Positions 45,935 to 55,232 of a stretch of 64,000 bases of DNA are shown piece by piece (the stretch's first letter is position 1; each line of letters begins with the position of its first letter). Below the pieces are notes generated by a model. It saw only the letters and a program-made list of their open reading frames with translations, ran no database searches and had not been told where the DNA came from. The translations under genes were made by a program, and so were the position numbers. The stretch comes from Eubacteriales bacterium (GTDB lineage Bacteria; Bacillota; Clostridia; Oscillospirales; CAG-272), in assembly GCA_045632285.1 (NCBI GenBank), contig JAZQWJ010000002.1:5155-69154 (forward strand). Direction: 5' to 3'.

Positions 45935-46022
45935 AGGGCAGACCTCCTTTACGATCATTGATCGTTAGATTGTATGAGGCAGGTCTTGCGTTTAGTCCTT
46001 TTGAGACATCGTTTAACCGATA

Positions 46023-46382
46023 TCAGTTCTTTTTGCTGTCTTCCTTTTCTTCTGCCACAATGGGCTCGGAGGGGATGACCTTGGCATTGGCGGGCACGTC
46101 GACCGAACGAACGGCGGATTTCAGCAGACGGATGCGGGTATGATCGCGGGTGGTCTCAATGACCATGGTCTCTTCCTTGATGCTGACGATCTTGCCGATG
46201 ATGCCGCCAATGGTGGTGATCTCATCGCCAACGGCAAGGTTGTTGCGCATATCCTGTGCGGCGCGCTCCTGCTTTTTCTGCGGACGCATACCAAAGAAAT
46301 AGAACACGACCACGATCACGCCGATCATGATCAGCGTCGTTACAAGGCCGGAGCTGTTTGCAGCCAAAAGAGTTTGAAACAT
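46023..46382 (-). CDS. yajC: preprotein translocase subunit YajC
   Basis: Single TM then FFGMRPQKKQERAAQDMRNNLAVGDEITTIGGIIGKIV; start at MFQTLL after GGAGGA. Confidence 0.85.
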   Translation of the reverse strand: MFQTLLAANSSGLVTTLIMIGVIVVVFYFFGMRPQKKQERAAQDMRNNLAVGDEITTIGGIIGKIVSIKEETMVIETTRDHTRIRLLKSAVRSVDVPANAKVIPSEPIVAEEKEDSKKN

Positions 46383-46502
46383 TACGTATTCCTCCAAAAA
46401 CAATGATGCATCTATTATAGCCGTTTTTACATCAAAAAACAAGCCCTCTTTTGTAAATATTTTTCTTTTTAGGAAAAAACTGCAAAAAAAGCGTTGCGAG
46501 TG

Positions 46503-46531
46503 TTGAAAAAAAGGCGAAACTATGTTATACT
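46503..46531 (+). promoter_or_regulatory. sigma-A promoter of rimM-trmD
   Basis: TTGAAA-17 nt-TATACT with TGT extended -10. Confidence 0.5.
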
Positions 46532-46581
46532 ATATAAAATTTGTTATACACGCGGCGCGCTTGCGCTTGCAGAGGAGACAT

Positions 46582-47094
46582 ATGGGAAAAATTACGTATC
46601 CTGAATGCGGAAAGATCATCAATACCCACGGCTGCCACGGCGCCGTCAAGATCGAGCCCTGGTGTGACAGTCCGGAGGTCTTTGCTTCGTTGCCCGCGGT
46701 CTATTTGCGCGAGCAAGGCGAGCTTCGGGCGCTGCAGATCGTCAGCACCTCTGTTTTCGGCGGTCGTTTTATTTTTGCTGAGCTTGAGGGTGTAGACACG
46801 ATGGAGAAGGCCGAGTCTTTGCGCGGTTCGGTGCTGTATGCCCGCCGCGAGGACCTGCATATACCCGAAGGCGCATTGCTGATCGCCGAGATGAAGGGGA
46901 TGAAGGTGTGGCACGCCGAGAGCGGTGCGTTGCTTGGCACGTTGACAGACGTGATCCGCCCCGCCAACACAGATATCTACGTGATCCGCACCGAAAAGGG
47001 AGAGGCTATGGTGCCTGTCGTTGCAGAATTTGTCAAGCGCGTAGATGAAAAAGAGGGTATTTTCCTTACACCGATCGAAGGGATGTTTGACTGA
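46582..47094 (+). CDS. rimM: 16S rRNA processing protein RimM
   Basis: [20 protein letters not shown]...PRC-barrel C-terminus; immediately precedes trmD (TGATG junction). Confidence 0.85.
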   Translation: MGKITYPECGKIINTHGCHGAVKIEPWCDSPEVFASLPAVYLREQGELRALQIVSTSVFGGRFIFAELEGVDTMEKAESLRGSVLYARREDLHIPEGALLIAEMKGMKVWHAESGALLGTLTDVIRPANTDIYVIRTEKGEAMVPVVAEFVKRVDEKEGIFLTPIEGMFD

Positions 47095-47789
47095 TGCGCT
47101 TTGACATTATGACTTTGTTTCCCGAATTTGTAGAGGGCATCCTGTCCGAAAGCATTATCGGTCGCGCCCAAAAGGCGGGCGCCATTACGGTCAAGGCACA
47201 CAACATTCGGAATTATTCCAAGGATAAGCACCGTCGCGTGGATGATACCCCCTACGGCGGTGGCAAGGGCATGCTGATGATGGCTCCCCCCATTTACGAT
47301 TGCTTTGAGGACGTTTGTCGGCAAGCAGGGGAGGTTGGCAGTCGCCGTGTGATCTATATGTCACCTCGCGGTCGCGTGTTGGATCAACAAAAGGCCAAGG
47401 AACTTGCGACCTATGAGCATCTTGTGATCCTTTGTGGGCATTACGAGGGGGTCGACAGCCGTATTATCGAGGAGATCGTGGATGAAGAGGTCTCTATTGG
47501 AGATTTTGTGCTGACGGGCGGAGAGCTGCCCGCTTGCATTACGGTGGATGCCGTGGCGCGTTTGGTAGACGGCGTTCTGGCCGACCCCGAATGCCACGAA
47601 AAGGAAAGCCATTCAAGCGGACTTTTGGAGTATCCGCAATATACCCGCCCTGTGGAGTTCCGCGGGCGCACGGTCCCTGACGTTTTGCTGTCGGGGCATC
47701 ACGCCAATATCGAGAAATGGCGCGCGGAGCAGTCCCTTGAGATCACGCGGCGTCAACGCCCCGATCTTTTGGAGAATAAAGAGCTTTGA
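47094..47789 (+). CDS. trmD: tRNA (guanine37-N1)-methyltransferase
   Basis: [35 protein letters not shown]. Confidence 0.95.
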   Translation: MRFDIMTLFPEFVEGILSESIIGRAQKAGAITVKAHNIRNYSKDKHRRVDDTPYGGGKGMLMMAPPIYDCFEDVCRQAGEVGSRRVIYMSPRGRVLDQQKAKELATYEHLVILCGHYEGVDSRIIEEIVDEEVSIGDFVLTGGELPACITVDAVARLVDGVLADPECHEKESHSSGLLEYPQYTRPVEFRGRTVPDVLLSGHHANIEKWRAEQSLEITRRQRPDLLENKEL

Positions 47790-47811
47790 TTTTAAGAAAG
47801 GAGGTTGAAGT

Positions 47812-49779
47812 ATGAAAAGACCCGATACCGGAGCAAGCTATATCCTACGCTTTTTTGCATATCTTTCTCACGTGTTTTGCAGTCTTTTGCCCCACAGCTT
47901 GTTAGGGCGGTTCTTCACCTCCTATTCTCGTACCGATCGCGTGTTCCGCCGTTCTGCCATTGGCCGCGGCATTCGCCGCGCGGAAAGCGGCGGCGGGCGC
48001 GCAAGGCGCTCCCTGCGGCGCAATGTTGCGCTGGCTATGAACAAAAGCTTGATCAGCAACAGCGCGGCGGTGCTTTGGCGTGTGCTTTGCCGATGCAGTT
48101 TGCGCACGTTTGGCGCCTTGTTTGCCACTATGGGTGCTTATACGGCCCTGATGTATTGGCTGTTTTCGGCTGTTTGGGAAAGCAACGTCGTCAGCACGGT
48201 CAATCTGTTTTGGGGGCTGGGCTTTGCTTTGATCGGCATTCTGCTTCTGTTTTCCGATCTGTCTCTCGGCTATGCGCTGTCTAAAAGCTTTTTCTTTGGC
48301 AAGCTGATCGTTTCGGCGCTTGGCGTTTCAGATGGCGGCATCCGCACCGTAGAGCGCGTTGGCCGTGCAGGCTATGTCGTCGCCATCCCTTTGGGAATGG
48401 CCCTTGGCGCTATCGGGGCACTGGTCTCGCCGCTGTGGCTGCTGGCAGCCTTTGTGGTACTGTTGTTGGTCACAATGGTGCTGTCTATTCCCGAGTCGGG
48501 GGTGGTCGTGCTGATCTTTGCTGTGCCCTTTGTCGGCTTTTTGCCAAACAACGGATTTTTACTTGTCTCCCTAACGGTCTTGCCCTTTGTCGCGTATTTC
48601 GGAAAGCTGCTGCGGGGTAATCGAGCCTTCCATCTGGAGGTGCAGGATATTCCCGTTTTGCTGATGGCGTTCCTGTTTCTGCTGTCGGGCTTTTCCTTTG
48701 CGGGGCAGAGTGTTTGGCGCGGTGCCTTGCTGGCAGCCCTGCTTGCGGCATCCTATTTCCTTTTTGTCAATCTGATCGCAACGCCCCGATGGATGTCGCG
48801 TTGCCGTATGTCGCTTGTTTTGTCTGCGGCGCTGTCTGCGCTTGTTGGCATCGTGCAGTTTCTTGCAGAGGCTGTAGGTTCGGCCAACGGTTTTGATCTG
48901 CTGACAGTCGGCCAAACGGTTACGGCAGGCTTTTCCGACCGTGTCAGCTTTTCCTATTTCCTGTTGATCGCATTTCCGTTTGCCGTCATGACGTTTTTGT
49001 CGGTTGGCGAGCGATATCGATTGATCATTGGCCTTGCGCTGACCTTGATCGTTGCTGCCGCCGTAATGGCGTGCGTTCCCTCTGTGTTGCTGGCAATGGC
49101 CGTGATGTGCATCGCTTTGTTTTTGCTTTGTCGCCGCAATGCTGTATCGGTTACGCTTGCAGGTGTTGGCGTCGGTGGATTTTTGGCCTATCTGATGCCA
49201 AGTCGGGCGCGTGATACGGTGCTTGGCTTTTTGCGTGCCGACGTGGCAGGCCTCTCTCCTTACGCAAGCACGTTAAATGGGCTTGCCGGCCGCATCTTGT
49301 TTGGCGGAGAAGGGGTGTTTGACAGCGGAAGCGGCCTTTCTGTGTTGTTATTCGGCCTTGGCCGCGGAGGCTTAGAGCGGATCTGTGCGTTCTATACCGC
49401 GGCACCTGCAGAAGCAATGGTGCACGCGATGGGCTTTTGGACGTATCGACTGTTAGAGGGCGGCGTGATCGGTGTGCTGCTTCCTGCCGCATTTCTGCTG
49501 ATGCTTTCTCAAAACTGCTTTTCTTTGATGCGGCGCAGCGCAGACGGCGGCAAAAATACGTTTGCCCTAACGGGGATCGCCCTGATCGTGGGCCTGCTGC
49601 TGAACAGCCTGTTCCATTATACGTGGTACGATCCGTCCGCAATGCTGATGTTTTTTGCTGCAACGGGTATGATCGTTGCCGAGGCGCGCGGTGAATGGCA
49701 AAGCCGCGTGGATCCGGTCGATGAAATGACCGAGCCGGGCCAAGCGGCCGAGCTGGAATATTACGGTGCAGGGCACTGA
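47812..49779 (+). CDS. large polytopic membrane protein, O-antigen ligase/Wzy_C-like
   Basis: 655 aa with more than 10 predicted TM helices and an Arg-rich N-terminus; family assignment from general resemblance only. Confidence 0.45.
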   Translation: MKRPDTGASYILRFFAYLSHVFCSLLPHSLLGRFFTSYSRTDRVFRRSAIGRGIRRAESGGGRARRSLRRNVALAMNKSLISNSAAVLWRVLCRCSLRTFGALFATMGAYTALMYWLFSAVWESNVVSTVNLFWGLGFALIGILLLFSDLSLGYALSKSFFFGKLIVSALGVSDGGIRTVERVGRAGYVVAIPLGMALGAIGALVSPLWLLAAFVVLLLVTMVLSIPESGVVVLIFAVPFVGFLPNNGFLLVSLTVLPFVAYFGKLLRGNRAFHLEVQDIPVLLMAFLFLLSGFSFAGQSVWRGALLAALLAASYFLFVNLIATPRWMSRCRMSLVLSAALSALVGIVQFLAEAVGSANGFDLLTVGQTVTAGFSDRVSFSYFLLIAFPFAVMTFLSVGERYRLIIGLALTLIVAAAVMACVPSVLLAMAVMCIALFLLCRRNAVSVTLAGVGVGGFLAYLMPSRARDTVLGFLRADVAGLSPYASTLNGLAGRILFGGEGVFDSGSGLSVLLFGLGRGGLERICAFYTAAPAEAMVHAMGFWTYRLLEGGVIGVLLPAAFLLMLSQNCFSLMRRSADGGKNTFALTGIALIVGLLLNSLFHYTWYDPSAMLMFFAATGMIVAEARGEWQSRVDPVDEMTEPGQAAELEYYGAGH

Positions 49780-49805
49780 GCCCAAGCGTAGAACGGAGGA
49801 TAGAT

Positions 49806-50402
49806 ATGAACGATAAAACAGAGCTTCAACGACACGATGCGGCCGAAAGCGGCCGTAAGCGTGTCCGTGCGGAACGCCCCAAGGGAAAGGGGCCCAAAAA
49901 GGAGCATAGCCGCAGATGGTTGTTCCTTGTGGTGGATCTGCTGCTGCTTGCCGCCATCATCGGTGCCGTTGTCTTTATCATCAACGTGCTGGGCTCCTCT
50001 GACAATGGCGGAAGCGAGACCGAGGGAAGACGCATCACGTATCAGCTTGAGATCGCCGGGATAGAAAGCGATCTGTTTTCCGCAACAGGCGGTGACAGCG
50101 TTTTCTTAAGCAACGGCCTTCAGCTTGGCGTTGTAGAGTATCACGACGGAGGACAGCCCTATACGCAGTATATCGACGGTGTTGTCGAGGAGGGCGGTAA
50201 GTACTTTGTGACCGAGGTCGAGTATCCCGAGGATATCAAGACCTATCTTGTAACAATCAGCGTTTATGCAGAATTTGAAGCGGGCATCGGTTATTCTGTC
50301 AATGATTGCCGTATCGCCGTGGGAAGAAGCTACCGTGTGCGCATTGCCGACGGTCTTTATGACGCGGTTTGTGTTTCGCTGCAGCAAAATGCGGCTGATT
50401 AA
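49806..50402 (+). CDS. single-pass membrane protein, DUF4330-like
   Basis: Basic N-terminus, one TM (WLFLVVDLLLLAAIIGAVVFII), beta-rich ectodomain ending AVGRSYRVRIADGLYDAVCVSL. Confidence 0.45.
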   Translation: MNDKTELQRHDAAESGRKRVRAERPKGKGPKKEHSRRWLFLVVDLLLLAAIIGAVVFIINVLGSSDNGGSETEGRRITYQLEIAGIESDLFSATGGDSVFLSNGLQLGVVEYHDGGQPYTQYIDGVVEEGGKYFVTEVEYPEDIKTYLVTISVYAEFEAGIGYSVNDCRIAVGRSYRVRIADGLYDAVCVSLQQNAAD

Positions 50403-50414
50403 GGAGGTGTGACC

Positions 50415-50933
50415 GTGAGCGAAGAAAAAAAGAGCATAGGAAAGGGTCACATCAACCTTTTTGACGTGATGCTTGTCCTTTTGGTGATCCTTTGCATCGT
50501 TGGCGTTTGGCAACGCAAAAATCTGCAGGCCTGGTTTGAAGAGGAGCGGATCAACGATGTGTACACCGTTTCCTTTGAGATCAAGGAGCTGCGCGATACC
50601 TCCATCCGCTATTTAACTGCGGGGACGTCGCTTTATGTGATTGACGGAGAGGATGCGGTTTCTCTTGGTACCATTGCGGGCGAGGTGGCCGTGGTAGACG
50701 CGGCAAAGCATCTGCCGCACACGGATGAAAGCGGACAAACCGTGCTGGTAGAGGCCTATTATCCCGATGACCTTTCTACGGTCAAGGCGGTCTTGAACTG
50801 TCACGGCATCCATACCAACGGCAGCTTTTTTGTGGACGGACGCTTTGCGGTATCGGTTGGGCAAACGCTTGCTGTTTATACAGAAAATGCAGATTTTGAA
50901 ATTTATGTGACCGACATCACAAAAGTTGGTTGA
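50415..50933 (+). CDS. single-pass membrane protein, DUF4330-like
   Basis: GTG 7 nt after AAGGAGG; INLFDVMLVLLVILCIVGVW N-terminal TM typical of DUF4330; same architecture as the preceding gene. Confidence 0.5.
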   Translation: MSEEKKSIGKGHINLFDVMLVLLVILCIVGVWQRKNLQAWFEEERINDVYTVSFEIKELRDTSIRYLTAGTSLYVIDGEDAVSLGTIAGEVAVVDAAKHLPHTDESGQTVLVEAYYPDDLSTVKAVLNCHGIHTNGSFFVDGRFAVSVGQTLAVYTENADFEIYVTDITKVG

Positions 50934-50993
50934 TTTGTCGATTTTTCACAGAGAAGTTGTAATGATGGCAACAAAATACCAAAAAAATGCCCA

Positions 50994-51022
50994 TTGATTT
51001 TCGCCGCGAAATTTGATATACT
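50994..51022 (+). promoter_or_regulatory. sigma-A promoter of ptsH
   Basis: TTGATT-17 nt-TATACT with TGA extended -10. Confidence 0.5.
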
Positions 51023-51041
51023 ATTTCTGTAATATTAAAAG

Positions 51042-51074
51042 TGTGCCGTCGGCCTTGGATTTGTGCCGTCGACC
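51042..51074 (+). repeat. 13-nt direct repeat in the ptsH leader
   Basis: TGTGCCGTCGGCC (51042-51054) and TGTGCCGTCGACC (51062-51074), 12/13 identical, 20-nt phasing. Confidence 0.6.
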
Positions 51075-51095
51075 ATAAGAAATGGAGCATTTTAC

Positions 51096-51359
51096 ATGAT
51101 CACTCGTGAAGTTACCATTACGAATACCATCGGTCTTCATGCTCGTCCCGCAACCTTCTTCATTCAAAAGGCAAATGCTTACAAAAGCACCGTTTGGGTG
51201 GAAAAGGAAGATCGCAAGGTCAACGCAAAAAGCCTGCTTGGCGTGCTCTCCTTGGGCATCGCGCAGGGTATGACCGTTAAGCTGATCGCAGACGGCTCCG
51301 ATGAGAACGAGGCTTTGGAAGGGCTTGAGACCCTGATCCATACCGGGTTCCAAGAGTAA
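51096..51359 (+). CDS. ptsH: phosphocarrier protein HPr
   Basis: His15 context TNTIGLHARPA and Ser46 context VNAKSLLGVLSLG; 87 aa. Confidence 0.9.
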   Translation: MITREVTITNTIGLHARPATFFIQKANAYKSTVWVEKEDRKVNAKSLLGVLSLGIAQGMTVKLIADGSDENEALEGLETLIHTGFQE

Positions 51360-51380
51360 TTCAGTACAGATCCACAGCGT

Positions 51381-51411
51381 GGGCGCCTTTCAAATAGGCG
51401 CCCTCTTTTTT
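51381..51411 (+). terminator. intrinsic terminator after ptsH
   Basis: GGGCGCC-TTTCAAATA-GGCGCCC followed by TCTTTTTT. Confidence 0.75.
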
Positions 51412-51425
51412 GGGAGGTGAAGGCA

Positions 51426-53270
51426 TTGCAAACTGAAGAGATCCGCAAGGCTCTGCTGGAAAAAGCCAACAGCCTTCCCTTAACGCCCGGTGTTTATCTG
51501 ATGCGTGACGCTGCAGGCAAGGTGATCTATGTGGGTAAATCCCGCAAACTGAAAAATCGTGTGTCGCAATATTTTCAAAACGGCACAAAGCAACTGAAAA
51601 CTGCCCGTATGGTCGCAAGCGTTGCCGATTTCGATTATTTCCTTTGCTCTACCGAGATCGAGGCACTGGCGCTGGAAAATACGCTGATCAAGCAATATAC
51701 ACCCAAGTATAACATAAGATTAAAGGATGCAAAATCCTATCCTTATATAAAGGTCACAGCCGAGGCGTATCCTCGCTTGGAATTTACCCGCGCGCGGCGC
51801 GCTGATAAGGGGCGTTATTTTGGCCCTTATTCAGGTGCCTCTGTGGCAGGGAGCGTCCTGCGCACGCTGCAAAAGACTTTGTGCCTGCCAACCTGCAGCC
51901 GTCAGTTCCCGCGGGATATCGGCAAAGAACGCCCCTGTCTGTATTATCAACTGGGGCAGTGCTGCGGCGTATGCACGGGTCAGATCAGTGAGGATGAGTA
52001 TGCAGAGTTGATCCGCTCTGCCGTTGAGATCTTGCGCGGAAACACCGCCGCCGCAAGGGCACGGGTGCGTGCACAGATGGAGCAGGCTGCCGAGGAAGAG
52101 CGCTTTGAAAAGGCCGCTGCCTACCGCGATCGGCTGTTTGCACTGGAAAAGCTCTCGCAAAAGCAAAAGGTGCTGGCCGCCCCCGATGTCAGCGAGGATG
52201 TGTTTGGATTTTACCGTGACGATTACGGCGCCGCCATGTCGGTGCTGTATATTCGCGAGGGCGCGCTTGTGGATAAGCACGAGACTGTGTTTGGCGGAGA
52301 CGAGATCCTGGATGGCGAAAGCTTGCTTTCCTTTGTTTACGATCATTATCGCCGTCGCGAGGATATTCCGCCCCGTGTGCTGCTGTCCTTTGAGACCGAC
52401 AGCGAAGATATGGAGGCTTTGGCGGCTTCTCTTGGCGAAAGTGCCGGGCGCCGGGTACAGCTGTATACGCCCGAGCGGGGAGATCGTAAAAATCGCGCGG
52501 TGCTTGCGGTAGAAAACGCCAAGGAGCGCCTTGCTGCCGATCGCCGCGCAAACGAGAAAAATGACGAGACCCTTGTGCGCCTTGCAGGCCTGCTTGCATT
52601 AGAGACGTTGCCCGAGCGCATTGAGAGCTATGATATATCTAATATTGGAAGCGAGCATAAGACCTGCGGTATGATCGTATGGGAAAAGGGTCGCTTTCAA
52701 AAAAGCGATTATCGCACCTTCCGTATCAAGGATGTAGAGGGCACCGACGATTATGCCTCTATGAGAGAGGCACTTTCCAGGCGCTTTGCTCATTTGGGCG
52801 AGGAGGGGAGCTTTGGTCGTGAGCCGGATCTGATCCTGCTGGACGGCGGAGCCGCCCACGTGGCTACCGTCAAGCGGTTGATGGAGGAGCTGGGTGTGCA
52901 GATCCCCGTGTTTGGTATGGTCAAGGATGCGTTTCACAAGACACGCGCCTTGTGTAATGAAAACGAGGAGATCTCTATAGCCCGCGATCGTGCTGTTTTT
53001 ACAATGATCTATGCCATTCAAGAGGAGGTCCACCGCTATTCCATCAAGCGGATGAGTGATGCCAAGCGCGGCACGCTCAAGGCTTCTTCGCTATCCAAGA
53101 TCCCCGGCGTCGGCCCCGCAAAGGCCAAGCTTTTGCTATCCCATTTCGGTGGCCTTGCCGCCGTAAAGGCGGCAGATGAAAAAATGCTGGCCGCCGCTCC
53201 CGGCATCGGCCCTGTGCTTGCCGGAGAGATCTATCGCTATTTTCAAAAAAAGGAGGAGCCCGACCAATGA
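51426..53270 (+). CDS. uvrC: excinuclease ABC subunit C
   Basis: GIY-YIG PGVYLMRDAAGKVIYVGKSRKLKNRVSQYF; C-terminal (HhH)2; probable TTG start 8 nt after GGAGG (ORF opens at GTG 51417). Confidence 0.9.
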   Translation: MQTEEIRKALLEKANSLPLTPGVYLMRDAAGKVIYVGKSRKLKNRVSQYFQNGTKQLKTARMVASVADFDYFLCSTEIEALALENTLIKQYTPKYNIRLKDAKSYPYIKVTAEAYPRLEFTRARRADKGRYFGPYSGASVAGSVLRTLQKTLCLPTCSRQFPRDIGKERPCLYYQLGQCCGVCTGQISEDEYAELIRSAVEILRGNTAAARARVRAQMEQAAEEERFEKAAAYRDRLFALEKLSQKQKVLAAPDVSEDVFGFYRDDYGAAMSVLYIREGALVDKHETVFGGDEILDGESLLSFVYDHYRRREDIPPRVLLSFETDSEDMEALAASLGESAGRRVQLYTPERGDRKNRAVLAVENAKERLAADRRANEKNDETLVRLAGLLALETLPERIESYDISNIGSEHKTCGMIVWEKGRFQKSDYRTFRIKDVEGTDDYASMREALSRRFAHLGEEGSFGREPDLILLDGGAAHVATVKRLMEELGVQIPVFGMVKDAFHKTRALCNENEEISIARDRAVFTMIYAIQEEVHRYSIKRMSDAKRGTLKASSLSKIPGVGPAKAKLLLSHFGGLAAVKAADEKMLAAAPGIGPVLAGEIYRYFQKKEEPDQ

Positions 53271-53842
53271 TGCGTATCATTACGGGCAGCGCCCGCGGCA
53301 CCCATCTGTTTACACTGTCGGGCGAGGCCACGCGCCCAACCTCAGAGCGCACCAAGGAGGCGCTGTTCTCCATTTTGCAGCAGGCTCCCGTTGGGGCACG
53401 CGTGCTGGATCTTTTTGCCGGCTCAGGTCAGCTGGGGCTTGAGGCTCTCAGCCGCGGCGCCACCGCCGCCGTGTTTGTAGACGGCTCTAAGGAGGCTGCC
53501 GACGTGGTCCGTCGCAACGCGCAAAAGACCCATCTCAGCGATCGCTGCGAGGTGGTCGTTGCCGATGCACTTTCCTTTTTGCGCACCTGCCGCAGACCCC
53601 CATACGACCTTGTGTTTTTAGACCCCCCTTACGCCGCCGCGCTGTTGCCGCAATGTCTGCGATTGCTTGCTGACGGCCACCTGCTTTCTCCCAACGCTTA
53701 TATCGTCACCGAAAGCGCCTCTCACGAAGATGTCTTTGCCGGTGACCCCACCCTTGCCGACCAATTTGAAATCATCAAGCAAAATCGTTATGGCATAGCG
53801 CACCTTACCGTGCTGAAGCCTGCGAAAAAGGAGTATTCATGA
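53267..53842 (+). CDS. rsmD: 16S rRNA (guanine966-N2)-methyltransferase
   Basis: MRIITGSARG, DLFAGSGQLGLEALSRGA, FLDPPY; overlaps uvrC stop. Confidence 0.85.
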   Translation: MMRIITGSARGTHLFTLSGEATRPTSERTKEALFSILQQAPVGARVLDLFAGSGQLGLEALSRGATAAVFVDGSKEAADVVRRNAQKTHLSDRCEVVVADALSFLRTCRRPPYDLVFLDPPYAAALLPQCLRLLADGHLLSPNAYIVTESASHEDVFAGDPTLADQFEIIKQNRYGIAHLTVLKPAKKEYS

Positions 53843-54333
53843 GTCTTGCATTGATCCCCGGAAGCTTTGATCCCATGACCGTCGGTCATCTTGATATTGT
53901 AAAACGAACGCTGGCCCTGTATGACGAGGTGGTGGTCGCCGTTCTTGTGAACCCCGATAAAAAATACGCCCACACGTTGGACGAGCGCGCCGAAATGGCA
54001 AGATTAACCGTTGCCGGTCTAGACCGCGTCCGCGTGGTCTCCAGCGAGGGTATGCTGGTAGATCTGTTTGATCAGCTTGGCGCCGACGTGATCGTCAAGG
54101 GCATCCGCAACGACCGCGATCGTGTTTATGAGGAGAATATGGCCGAGGCCAATCTTGCCCTTAACCCCCGCGCGGCAACGATCTTTTTGCAGGCCGCCGA
54201 CGATTATGAAAGCGTTAATTCTACCAGCGTGCGTGAGCTTGTTCGCACCGGAAGATCCCCCGATCAGCTTGTGGTCCCGGCTGTTGTGGACTATCTGCGC
54301 GCACGGGGAGAGCTGAGCATCCCTGAGAGGTAA
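53839..54333 (+). CDS. coaD: pantetheine-phosphate adenylyltransferase
   Basis: PGSFDPMTVGHLDIV (T/HxGH motif); ATGA overlap with rsmD. Confidence 0.9.
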   Translation: MSLALIPGSFDPMTVGHLDIVKRTLALYDEVVVAVLVNPDKKYAHTLDERAEMARLTVAGLDRVRVVSSEGMLVDLFDQLGADVIVKGIRNDRDRVYEENMAEANLALNPRAATIFLQAADDYESVNSTSVRELVRTGRSPDQLVVPAVVDYLRARGELSIPER

Positions 54334-54336
54334 AAA

Positions 54337-54936
54337 ATGGTGTCCTTTAAAAAGTATTATCTCATCCGCATCCTTCTTACTGCACTGGTAACAGGAGCCA
54401 TCGGCGCGGCTTTTTTGATCGCAGAGCCCTATGCCGACGAGATCTTTGATATTTTGTTGATCGCCATGGGCCTTTTGACTGTGGTGATGAATCTGCCCGC
54501 CTTTGTGTTTTCGCTGTTTCATGTCAAGCGCCGTGGCGAGTGGATCAGTCTGCTGATCTCGGCGGTGGCCATTATTTTTGGCGTCACGGTGACCCTGGTG
54601 CAGCGCGACGTGCTGCTGCTTGTATTGGGCATTTACTGTATCGTCTTTCCCGCTGTGCGTATGTTCTTGGTCGCCGAGCGACTGAAGCAGCTCAAAAGGG
54701 AACTTCCCAATATCCTGTTCGGTCTGTTTATGGTATTTGTCTCCCTTGCCGAGATCGAATCGCTGATCTTTACGGTCTGCGGCTTTGCCGTTATCGGTAT
54801 GGCGGTGCTGTATCTGCTGTGGGGGCTTATCACAATGAAATTCCGCTTTGCTGTTTACGATGCCTACGTGCGCGAGCTGGCATTGACCGTAGCTGACGAA
54901 AACGAGAGCGCTATTGCAGAGCAAAACGAAGAATAA
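54337..54936 (+). CDS. hypothetical integral membrane protein (about 6 TM)
   Basis: 199 aa hydrophobic ORF 3 nt after coaD; no recognised domain. Confidence 0.5.
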   Translation: MVSFKKYYLIRILLTALVTGAIGAAFLIAEPYADEIFDILLIAMGLLTVVMNLPAFVFSLFHVKRRGEWISLLISAVAIIFGVTVTLVQRDVLLLVLGIYCIVFPAVRMFLVAERLKQLKRELPNILFGLFMVFVSLAEIESLIFTVCGFAVIGMAVLYLLWGLITMKFRFAVYDAYVRELALTVADENESAIAEQNEE

Positions 54937-54937
54937 T

Positions 54938-54980
54938 AAAACAATAATCCCCCCGCTATGCGGGGGGATTATTGTTTTTT
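54938..54980. terminator. bidirectional intrinsic terminator (membrane gene / TSCPD gene)
   Basis: AATAATCCCCCCGC-TAT-GCGGGGGGATTATT flanked by A/T tracts. Confidence 0.8.
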
Positions 54981-55231
54981 TACGCGTCCAACGCCTCTTG
55001 CAGGGCCTTGGCCAGTTGGTCGGGGCAGGAGGTGGCCTTGAAGCCGCAACGGATGCCCGAAAGGCGCTCGATAGCCTCGCGTGCGTTCATACCCGTGACC
55101 AATGCGGCCACACCTTGGGTGTTGCCCGCACAGCCGCCGGTAAAGCGCACCGAGCGAATGATCTCGCCCTCCAATTCAATGTCAATGGCGCGGGAGCAGA
55201 CCCCGCGGGGGGTAAAACGTAAGCTTTTCAT
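54980..55231 (-). CDS. TSCPD-domain 4-Cys protein (TIGR03905-like)
   Basis: 83 aa; FTPRGVCSR...FTGGCAGNTQG...CGFKATSCPDQL matches the small TSCPD family related to the RNR TSCPD region. Confidence 0.75.
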   Translation of the reverse strand: MKSLRFTPRGVCSRAIDIELEGEIIRSVRFTGGCAGNTQGVAALVTGMNAREAIERLSGIRCGFKATSCPDQLAKALQEALDA

Positions 55232-55232
55232 T

